This document shows positions 56,048 through 64,000 of a stretch of 64,000 nucleotides of DNA, piece by piece. Under the pieces are notes generated by a model that was given only the letters and a program-made list of their open reading frames with translations, was not told where the DNA came from and did not search any database. The DNA is from an uncultured delta proteobacterium. Lineage in GTDB: Bacteria; Desulfobacterota; Desulfobacteria; Desulfobacterales; Desulfatirhabdiaceae. Every line of letters starts with the position of its first letter. The first letter of the stretch is position 1. The DNA lies in contig CAWBKP010000022.1 of assembly GCA_963789395.1 (NCBI GenBank), positions 224,001 to 288,000 of the forward strand, read 5' to 3'. The position numbers and the translations under genes were made by a program.

Positions 56048-57212
56048 ATGAAGATCCATGAGTATCAGGCCAAGGAGCTTTTTAAAAAATACAGCATTCC
56101 CATACCCGAAGGCAGTGTGGCGTTCAGTGTGGGGGAAGCCCAGTCGGTTGCCGAAACACTCGGCGGCTATCCGGTTGTGGTCAAGGCACAGATTCATGCC
56201 GGCGGCAGGGGAAAAGGCGGCGGGGTCAAGCTGGCCGGCTCCCGGGAAGAAGTTGCGACAATCGCCGGCCAGATTCTCGGCATGAACCTGGTTACCCACC
56301 AGACCGGCCCTGAAGGCAGGCTGGTGAAAAAAGTCCTGATCGAGCAGGGGCTGAACATTCAAAAAGAGCTGTATTTAAGCATCATTCCGGACCGGGCCAC
56401 CGCAACGGTCGTCATTATCGCCAGCGAAGCCGGTGGCATGGACATTGAAGCGGTTGCGGAAAAAACGCCGGAGAAGATCATCAAGGTCTATATCAACCCG
56501 CTGGTCGGCATTCAGGCCTACCACTGCCGGGAAGTTGCCTATGGGCTCAACCTGGCGCCGGAGGTCATCAAGCCGTTTACGGCGCTTTTAAGCCGCCTGT
56601 ATGCCCTGTTCGTGGGCTATGACTGCTCACTGGTTGAAATCAATCCTTTGATCATCACCAAAGATCAGGCCGTGATCGCCCTGGACGGAAAAGTCAATTT
56701 TGATGACAGCGCCCTGTTCCGTCACAAGGACATTCTGGCAGTATCGCGATCTGGACGAGGAAAATCCGCTCGAGGTGGACGCCTCCAAATACAATCTCAA
56801 TTATATCGCCCTGGACGGAAACGTCGGCAATATGGTCAACGGGGCGGGTCTGGCCATGGCGACCATGGATATCATCAAGCAGGCGGGGGCCAGCCCGGCC
56901 AATTTCCTGGATGTCGGGGGCGGAGCCAATGCCGAGATGGTTGAAAACGGGTTTCGGATCATCCTGAGCGATAAAAACGTCAAGGGCATTCTCATCAATA
57001 TTTTCGGCGGCATCCTTCGCTGCGACATTCTGGCGGAAGGTGTGGTTCAGGCAGCCAAAAAAACCGGCATTACGGTTCCGGTCGTCGTCCGCATGGAAGG
57101 CACCAATGTCGAGGAAGGCCGTCGCATATTGAGTGAATCGGGTCTGAATTTGACGACCGCAGTGGATTTAAAAGATGCAGCCCAGAAAGTGGCCGCCATT
57201 GTGAAGGGTTAG
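56048..57212 (+). CDS. sucC: Succinyl-CoA synthetase beta; frameshift near 56739
   Basis: [40 protein letters not shown]. Confidence 0.96.
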
Positions 57213-57223
57213 GAGGAAACACC

Positions 57224-58099
57224 GTGAGCATATTTGTCAATAAAAATACCCGGCTTCTGGTTCAGGGAATCACCGGCAAGGAAGGGCAGTTCCACACCCG
57301 TCAGTGCGTGGCGTATGGCACAAAAGTCGTGGCAGGGGTGACGCCTGGAAAAGCCGGGCAGAAAATGGATGATATCCCCGTGTTTCATACGGTCAAGGAC
57401 GCAGTCAAGGCAACCGGTGCCAACTGCAGCATGATCTTCGTGCCGCCGCCGTTTGCGGCGGACGCCATCATGGAAGCCGCCGATGCGGGCGTGGAGATGA
57501 TTGTCGCCATCACCGAAGGCATTCCGGTCATGGACATGATGCGGGTTAAAAACTTTCTTGCCGGCAAGTCCTGCCGCCTGATCGGCCCCAACTGTCCGGG
57601 AATCATCACGCCGGGCGAGTGCAAAATCGGCATCATGCCGGGGGTGATCCATCAGCCCGGAGGACCGATCGGCGTGGTATCCCGTTCCGGGACCCTGACC
57701 TATGAAGTGGTTCATCAGCTGACCCAACAGGGCATCGGACAGACCACCTGCATCGGCATCGGCGGTGATCCGGTCAACGGCACCAATTTCATCGATTGCC
57801 TGGATGCTTTCCAGAAAGATTCCGAAACAGCCGGCATCGTCATGGTCGGGGAAATCGGCGGAACCGCCGAAGAAGAGGCGGCGACATTTATCAAACAGCA
57901 TGTCACCAAACCGGTGATCGGTTTTATCGCCGGACTCACCGCGCCTCCGGGCCGCAGAATGGGCCATGCCGGCGCCATCATCAGCGGCAGCAGCGGTACT
58001 GGCCAGGGTAAAATCGCCGCCATGAAAGCCTGCGGCATTACCGTGTGTGAAAACCTGGGAACTTTGGGAGAACTCTGCGCCGACGTTTTCGGCAAATAG
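57224..58099 (+). CDS. sucD: Succinyl-CoA synthetase alpha
   Basis: [27 protein letters not shown]. Confidence 0.97.
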   Translation: MSIFVNKNTRLLVQGITGKEGQFHTRQCVAYGTKVVAGVTPGKAGQKMDDIPVFHTVKDAVKATGANCSMIFVPPPFAADAIMEAADAGVEMIVAITEGIPVMDMMRVKNFLAGKSCRLIGPNCPGIITPGECKIGIMPGVIHQPGGPIGVVSRSGTLTYEVVHQLTQQGIGQTTCIGIGGDPVNGTNFIDCLDAFQKDSETAGIVMVGEIGGTAEEEAATFIKQHVTKPVIGFIAGLTAPPGRRMGHAGAIISGSSGTGQGKIAAMKACGITVCENLGTLGELCADVFGK

Positions 58100-58190
58100 T
58101 AAGAACCAAGTTCAAGGCTGAAGACTGAAGGCAAGACGGCGTTGCCCTGTCCTTAGGCTTTCAGACAACCAATTGATTCTAATGACAATG

Positions 58191-58238
58191 AAGGCAAGAA
58201 GCAAGGGGGTAAAATCCATCTTGCCTCTTGCTTTTTTT
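58191..58238 (+). terminator. Rho-independent terminator after sucD
   Basis: GCAAGAAGCAAG...CTTGCCTCTTGC followed by T7. Confidence 0.65.
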
Positions 58239-58274
58239 GTGAAAGAGCGATTCATCTCCATAAAATCGCAAGGC

Positions 58275-59126
58275 ATGATTCAACTGCATCTGGCTGTATT
58301 CCTTTTCGGGTTGTCCGGACTGTTCGGGAAGCTGCTAAGCATCCCTGCGACAGCCATCGTGCTTGGCCGGACATCGGTGGCAGCTTTAGCACTTGCGGGG
58401 CTGCTGATTGCTCGGCGCAGCCCTGTTCGCTTAACCTGCCGGTTAGGGCTGAGGCTTTTTCCCTCAGGTGCGCTGCTCGCGCTTCATTGGTTTACATTCT
58501 TTTATTCTATTCAAATTTCTTCCGTGTCAACGGGTTTATTATCTTTTGCAACATTCCCGGTCTGTGTTGCATTTCTCGATCCACTCTTCAGTAAACGAAA
58601 CATCCAACGCCTCGATCTGCTATTTGCTGTTATCGTTTTTATTGGACTCATTGTTATCATCCCCTCATTTGAATTAAGCGACCGCTTCTTTCAAGGCACC
58701 CTCTGGGGACTTGCATCTGCCGTAACATTTGCCTTGCTGACCTTATTCAACCGTCGTTTTGTCACTGAGACAGACGCAATGATTGTGGGGCTGTTTCAGA
58801 ATTTTTGGGCGGCTGTATGCCTTTGCATTTATTGGTCGCAATTGGGTAGCATCAATTCAACTGAATTTCTTCTCATTGTCGTTCTTGGCGTCTTCTGTAC
58901 CGCATTGGCGCATACGCTCTTTATTGCCGCTCTGAAAACGGTCAGGCCACAGCTTGCAAGCGTGACGGCCGGATTGGAACCGTTGTACGGCATTCTCCTG
59001 GCGTTTATTTTCCTGGGCGAGTCTCCCGGAATAAATGAGTTGATTGGCGGTTTATTGATTATTGCAGTTGTTGTGGCGAGCTCCCGGCGAGACAGGGCTG
59101 CAGCGGAACAATCGCTTCATTCCTGA
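58275..59126 (+). CDS. DMT/EamA family transporter
   Basis: LFGLSGLFGK, LHWFTFF, LEPLYGI; many TM helices. Confidence 0.85.
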   Translation: MIQLHLAVFLFGLSGLFGKLLSIPATAIVLGRTSVAALALAGLLIARRSPVRLTCRLGLRLFPSGALLALHWFTFFYSIQISSVSTGLLSFATFPVCVAFLDPLFSKRNIQRLDLLFAVIVFIGLIVIIPSFELSDRFFQGTLWGLASAVTFALLTLFNRRFVTETDAMIVGLFQNFWAAVCLCIYWSQLGSINSTEFLLIVVLGVFCTALAHTLFIAALKTVRPQLASVTAGLEPLYGILLAFIFLGESPGINELIGGLLIIAVVVASSRRDRAAAEQSLHS

Positions 59127-59436
59127 TAACCCGCACACGTGGGTTTGTTTCCAGTTATGCTGTCCGTTATCCAACAACCCAATTTGACATGCTTAAATAT
59201 ACATATTTAAACAAAGAGAATGTTACGCAGAACTTCTTCCCCATTAAGTGGTTTTCTGCGCTGATGCATTTCCTGATATTCCGCCTGGTTTAAATAATAA
59301 GGCAGCGAGTCGGTATCAGGGGACATATTTCATTTTTTTCTAAAGTGCTATCGTCTCCGTTTACAAAAGAAGATATTAAGGTATAATAACAAATTTGTAA
59401 AAGTCATGAGTTTTTCATACAAAAGGATGAATATCC

Positions 59437-59817
59437 ATGCATGAAATGGGCATTGCCATGCAGGTCGTCGAGATCGCGGCTGCTTCCATTCCCGAGCACC
59501 TGAAAAACAGCAAGGTCAAAGGCGTCTATCTGAAGATCGGCAGGCTGTCTTCCGTGGTTCCGGACAGTCTGCGGTTCTGTTTTGATATTGTCTCAAAAGA
59601 CTCCGCGATTGCCGGGGCCATGCTTTATATTGATGAAATCCCCGTGACGGCCCGCTGCAAGGCCTGCGAAAATCACTGGACCATTACCGGGCCGGCCTTT
59701 TCCTGCCCTGGGTGCGGCGGCGGTACGATCGAGCTGATCTCCGGTCAGGAACTGGATATCGCATCCATCGAGCTTGAAGAAGGCTCAGACGGTGAGCAGG
59801 AGTCTGCAAATGCATGA
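59437..59817 (+). CDS. hypA: Hydrogenase nickel metallochaperone
   Basis: MHEMGIA; CKAC...CPGC. Confidence 0.95.
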   Translation: MHEMGIAMQVVEIAAASIPEHLKNSKVKGVYLKIGRLSSVVPDSLRFCFDIVSKDSAIAGAMLYIDEIPVTARCKACENHWTITGPAFSCPGCGGGTIELISGQELDIASIELEEGSDGEQESANA

Positions 59818-59868
59818 TTTCCGCAGGCTGTTGTCCGTTGTTTACAGATTTGTATAAGGAAATTAGAT

Positions 59869-60537
59869 ATGGAAATAAAAGTTGTTCGAAAGGTACTGGA
59901 CGTCAATAACACCATGGCCGAGCAGAACCGGAAACTGTTTTCGGATAAAAACGTATTTGTGCTGAATGTCATGAGCTCGCCGGGTTCCGGAAAAACCACG
60001 ATGCTGGGAAAAACCATCGGCCGCTTGATGCCGGAAGTCCGGACCGCGGTCATTGTCGGAGATGTCAGCACGACCAACGATGCCGACCGGTTGGCCAAAA
60101 CCGGTGCTCCGGTGGTTCAGGTGAATACCGATGCCTTTGGGGGAGACTGCCATCTGGCTGCCCATGTGATTGCCAAGGCCGCTGAAGACTTTGACCTGGA
60201 GGATGTGGATCTTCTCATCGTGGAGAATGTGGGAAATCTGGTCTGCCCTGCGGAATTTGACATCGGAGAAGATGCAAAGGCCGTGGTTCTGAGCGTTACC
60301 GAGGGAGAAGACAAACCTCTGAAATATCCCTTGATGTTCAGGGTGTGCGATGTGGCCATTCTGAACAAAATTGACCTGCTTCCCTATCTGGAATACGACA
60401 GGGAGGAAGCGGTCCGGAATATCCTTCAAGTTCATCCGGAGATTCCGGTATTTGAACTTTCCGCCCGAACAGAAGATGGCATGGGGCCCTGGGTGGCCTG
60501 GTTAACGGAAAAGGTGAAGGAAAAACTGAATATCTGA
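59869..60537 (+). CDS. hypB: Hydrogenase nickel GTPase
   Basis: SSPGSGKT, CHL, ENVGNLVCPA, EGEDKPLKYP, NKID. Confidence 0.96.
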   Translation: MEIKVVRKVLDVNNTMAEQNRKLFSDKNVFVLNVMSSPGSGKTTMLGKTIGRLMPEVRTAVIVGDVSTTNDADRLAKTGAPVVQVNTDAFGGDCHLAAHVIAKAAEDFDLEDVDLLIVENVGNLVCPAEFDIGEDAKAVVLSVTEGEDKPLKYPLMFRVCDVAILNKIDLLPYLEYDREEAVRNILQVHPEIPVFELSARTEDGMGPWVAWLTEKVKEKLNI

Positions 60538-60550
60538 TGCGGGATGCCGG

Positions 60551-61132
60551 ATGAGAATCATTGCAGGTGAACTAAAAGGCCGACGGTTGCATCGCCTTGA
60601 GGGGAAACGGACCCGGCCCACGTCAGACCGTCTGAGAGAAACGATTTTCAATATTCTGTCATTTAAAACCCGGCAGGCCGTGGTGCTGGATCTTTATTCC
60701 GGAACCGGTGCGATGGCGATCGAGGCCTTGAGCCGCGGGGCGGATTCGGCGGTTCTTGTTGACGACTCATCCCGGTCGGTATCGCTGATAGCAAAGAATA
60801 TCCGGGCATTTTCTCTGGAGAAAAAAGCCCGTGTCCAGAGATGGGATATTTCGCGAAATCTGAATTTTTTAAGACAGGTTCAGCTGCCGTTTGACCTGAT
60901 TTTTATGGATCCGCCCTATAACCGGAATCTGATCGGCCCGACCCTGCATCACCTTCTGCAAAGCGCATCCCTGGCTGCGCGGGCCTGTATCGTTGTCGAG
61001 CATTCTGTTTTAGAGCCCATTTGTTTCGAATGCCCGGAATTTGAACTTTATGATCAACGGGAATATGGAAAAACCATGGTATCGTTTCTGTCCTTTAACC
61101 CGTCAGGGCCTGACGGCCATGATCAAGCTTGA
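60551..61132 (+). CDS. rsmD: 16S rRNA m2G966 methyltransferase
   Basis: MRIIAG, RPTSDR, LDLYSGTG, MDPPY. Confidence 0.93.
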   Translation: MRIIAGELKGRRLHRLEGKRTRPTSDRLRETIFNILSFKTRQAVVLDLYSGTGAMAIEALSRGADSAVLVDDSSRSVSLIAKNIRAFSLEKKARVQRWDISRNLNFLRQVQLPFDLIFMDPPYNRNLIGPTLHHLLQSASLAARACIVVEHSVLEPICFECPEFELYDQREYGKTMVSFLSFNPSGPDGHDQA

Positions 61133-61180
61133 AACATTACGCTTGATCCGGAACCTATTTCCCATCATCAATCGGAACCC

Positions 61181-62704
61181 ATGAAACGAATCGAAGATGT
61201 CACCCTGCTGTATGAGATCAGCAAAACGCTGAATGAACATCTGGACCTGAAAAAATCCCTTTACAAGGTTCTGGATACGCTTTCCATCTCCATCAACATG
61301 ATACGCGGCACGATCACGCTCTTAAATCCCCTGACCAATGAAATCACGATTGAAGTGGCGCACGGCATCTCGCGGACAGCCGTTGAGCGGGTCCGGTATA
61401 AGCTCGGGGAAGGGATTACCGGAAAGGTGATCCAGACGGGTCATGCCGTTACCATTCCCAAAATCAGCCAGGAGCCGCATTTTCTGGATCGTACCGAAGC
61501 CCGGCGGGGAAAACTGGATCAGGAGATTTCCTTTATCTGCGTTCCCATAAAAAAAGGCAGCCAGGTGATCGGTGCGCTCAGCGTCGACCACCAGTACGAT
61601 GAATCCTATTCCCTGAAAAACGGGGAAAAGCTGCTGTCGGTGATTGCCATCATGATCGCCCGGCAAGTCATCAATCTGGAAACCATTCATCTGGAGAAAG
61701 AACAGCTGCGGGAGGAAAACCGCAGGCTGAGAAGCGAACTGGAAACCAAATACAGTTTCAGCAACATCATCGGCAACAGCAGCCGGATGCGGGAAGTGTT
61801 CCAGATGATTTCCCAGGTTTCCAAAAGCAACGCCACGGTGCTGATCCGGGGAGAGAGCGGGACCGGAAAAGAGCTGGTGGCCAGTTCGGTGCATTACAAC
61901 AGCCTGAGGGCTAAAAGCCCGTTTGTCAAAGTCAATTGCGCGGCGCTTCCTGCCAACCTGATTGAAAGCGAGCTTTTCGGACATGAAAAAGGAGCCTTTA
62001 CCGGCGCGATCAAACAGAAACTCGGCAAATTTGAAATGGCCAACAAAGGCACCATATTTCTGGATGAAATCGGCGCCGTGGGTCTGGATGTTCAGGTTCG
62101 TCTGCTTCGAATCCTTCAGGAGAGAGAATTTGAGCGGGTCGGCGGACACCAGACCATCAAGGTGGATGTCCGGGTGATAACAGCCACCAACAAGAATCTG
62201 GAAATGGCCATTGAAGAGGAAACGTTTCGCGGAGATCTGTATTACCGGCTGAATGTCTTTCCCATCTATCTTCCCCCGCTCCGGGAGCGTAAGACCGATA
62301 TCTTGCTCCTGGCAAATTATTTCCTTGAAAAATACTCGAAAGAAAACGCCAAGGATATCCGCCGGTTTTCAACGCCGGCCATCGACATGCTGATGAATTA
62401 TCACTGGCCCGGCAATGTCCGGGAGCTGGAGAACTGCATCGAGCGGGCTGTGCTGCTTTGCGATGCAGGGGTTATTCACAGTTATCATCTGCCGCCGACG
62501 CTTCAAACCGGATCTGAATCCGGTACGCTTCCGGCCTTATCCCTTGAGGAAGCTGTCGCCAACCTGGAAAAAGAGATGATCATTGACGCGCTGAAAAATA
62601 CCCGGGGCAATGTCACGCTGGCAGCGCAACTGGTCAAAACAACCGTTCGTAAATTTGCCTATAAATCCCAGCAGTATGATATCGATTACCGAAATTATCG
62701 GTAA
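61181..62704 (+). CDS. NifA-like GAF-AAA+-HTH sigma-54 activator
   Basis: GAF (GEGITG), [24 protein letters not shown]. Confidence 0.9.
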   Translation: MKRIEDVTLLYEISKTLNEHLDLKKSLYKVLDTLSISINMIRGTITLLNPLTNEITIEVAHGISRTAVERVRYKLGEGITGKVIQTGHAVTIPKISQEPHFLDRTEARRGKLDQEISFICVPIKKGSQVIGALSVDHQYDESYSLKNGEKLLSVIAIMIARQVINLETIHLEKEQLREENRRLRSELETKYSFSNIIGNSSRMREVFQMISQVSKSNATVLIRGESGTGKELVASSVHYNSLRAKSPFVKVNCAALPANLIESELFGHEKGAFTGAIKQKLGKFEMANKGTIFLDEIGAVGLDVQVRLLRILQEREFERVGGHQTIKVDVRVITATNKNLEMAIEEETFRGDLYYRLNVFPIYLPPLRERKTDILLLANYFLEKYSKENAKDIRRFSTPAIDMLMNYHWPGNVRELENCIERAVLLCDAGVIHSYHLPPTLQTGSESGTLPALSLEEAVANLEKEMIIDALKNTRGNVTLAAQLVKTTVRKFAYKSQQYDIDYRNYR

Positions 62705-62780
62705 TGTTATGGCTGAAGACTGAAGCAAATCCAATCATCAACTGCCTTCAGCCTGTTATTATAGAAAAGGAGACTGACGT

Positions 62781-64000
62781 ATGAATTCGGAAATGTTCAG
62801 AGAATATGACATTCGCGGGATCGCAGGAAAAGATATGACCGAAGCGGATGTGGTATTGATCGGAAAGGGAATCGGAACGTTTTTGAATCAGAACAGTTGC
62901 TCGCGGATTACCGTTGGAAGGGATTGCCGGATTACCTCGGACAGTTATTTCAACCGACTCGTTGAAGGGCTGATGTCCACCGGCTGCCAGGTGATTGACA
63001 TCGGCATCTGTCCGACACCGGTTCTCTATTTTTCCATTCATCACCTGGGCCAGGAAGGCGGCGTCATGGTTACCGCCAGCCACAATCCGGCCGAGTACAA
63101 CGGATTTAAAATGTGCCTGGGCTCCGGTTCCATTCACGGCGAGGATATCCAGATAATTCGAAGGCTCATCGAAAACCAGGATTTTGTGAAAGCCGGCGGC
63201 GGCGGTCTTTCCGCTGCAGATGTGCTTCCGGCATATCAGGCATTTGTGCAGGAGAACATTACCATAAAAAAAAGGCTTCGCATCGCCGTGGATGCTGGAA
63301 ATGGCACGGCTGGTGTCGTGGCGGTTCCCATCATGAAGTCCATGGATCTTGAAGTCCACGATATTTTCTGCGAAATGGACGGCACTTTCCCCAACCACGA
63401 AGCAGATCCGACGGTGCTCAAGAACATGAAGGACCTCATCTCACTGGTCAGGGATAAAAAACTGGATGTGGGGATCGGCTATGATGGAGACGGGGACCGC
63501 ATCGGGGTGGTGGATGAAAAAGGCAATATCGTCTATGGGGATAAGCTGATGATTCTCTTTTCACGGGAAATTCTTTCCCGAAAACCCGGCGCCACGTTTA
63601 TCTCTGAAGTGAAATGCTCCCAGACCCTCTATGACGATATTGAAAAAAACGGGGGGCGGCCCATCATGTGGAAAACCGGTCATTCCCTGATTAAACAGAA
63701 AATGAAGGAAGAAAGTGCCGAACTGGCTGGCGAGATGAGCGGGCACATGTTTTTTGCCGATCGGTATCTGGGCTATGATGACGCCATATACGCATCCTGC
63801 AGGCTGCTGGAAATTATGTCCCGAACCGACAAGCCCCTTTCAGAGCTCCTGTCGGATGTTCCCGAAACATTTACCACGCCGGAAATTCGGGTGGAATGCC
63901 CGGATGACCGGAAATTTGCGGTGGTCAAAAAAATTACGGCATATTTCAAAGACCGTTATAATGTGATTGATATCGATGGGGTCAGGGTTCTTTTTGGCGA
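62781..64000 (+). CDS. Phosphomannomutase/phosphoglucomutase (runs off window)
   Basis: MFREYDIRG, TASHNP, DGDGDR, GEMSGH; RBS AAGGAG; absent from ORF track because no stop in window. Confidence 0.93.
   Translation, partial: MNSEMFREYDIRGIAGKDMTEADVVLIGKGIGTFLNQNSCSRITVGRDCRITSDSYFNRLVEGLMSTGCQVIDIGICPTPVLYFSIHHLGQEGGVMVTASHNPAEYNGFKMCLGSGSIHGEDIQIIRRLIENQDFVKAGGGGLSAADVLPAYQAFVQENITIKKRLRIAVDAGNGTAGVVAVPIMKSMDLEVHDIFCEMDGTFPNHEADPTVLKNMKDLISLVRDKKLDVGIGYDGDGDRIGVVDEKGNIVYGDKLMILFSREILSRKPGATFISEVKCSQTLYDDIEKNGGRPIMWKTGHSLIKQKMKEESAELAGEMSGHMFFADRYLGYDDAIYASCRLLEIMSRTDKPLSELLSDVPETFTTPEIRVECPDDRKFAVVKKITAYFKDRYNVIDIDGVRVLFG

Noticed and set aside
61181..62704. nifA implying nitrogen fixation
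   Set aside because: GAF-AAA-HTH architecture is generic and no nif genes are in the window

Overview
Gene-dense chromosomal window from an anaerobe, most likely a Desulfobacterota/Desulfobacterales-type sulfate reducer or syntroph (inferred from gene content, not from a search). Main blocks: (1) a XylR/DmpR-type sigma-54 activator facing a perfect sigma-54 promoter and a small secreted protein; (2) a Tat Fe-S protein with a membrane partner; (3) a TRAP transporter plus GlcD-like oxidoreductase; (4) an accessory patch (group II intron 5'-like remnant, metallophosphoesterase, internal-repeat protein); (5) a Liv-type ABC transporter plus CoA ligase; (6) a QueG-like/SCP2 fusion; (7) a 10-kb co-directional energy cluster joining a GltD/NfnB-like flavoprotein with an HdrA-like tail, MvhDGA, a maturation protease and a complete EchABCDEF; (8) fatty-acid genes, a HesB-like selenoprotein hidden by an in-frame TGA, epmA, queA-tgt and a MITE; (9) a TetR-led methylmalonyl-CoA/transcarboxylase/sucCD cluster; (10) hypAB, rsmD, a NifA-like regulator and a truncated phosphomannomutase. 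About 20 apparent single-base insertions split genes, including housekeeping ones, and are treated as probable long-read errors. No rRNA, tRNA or CRISPR array was seen. Family calls come from motif recognition only.
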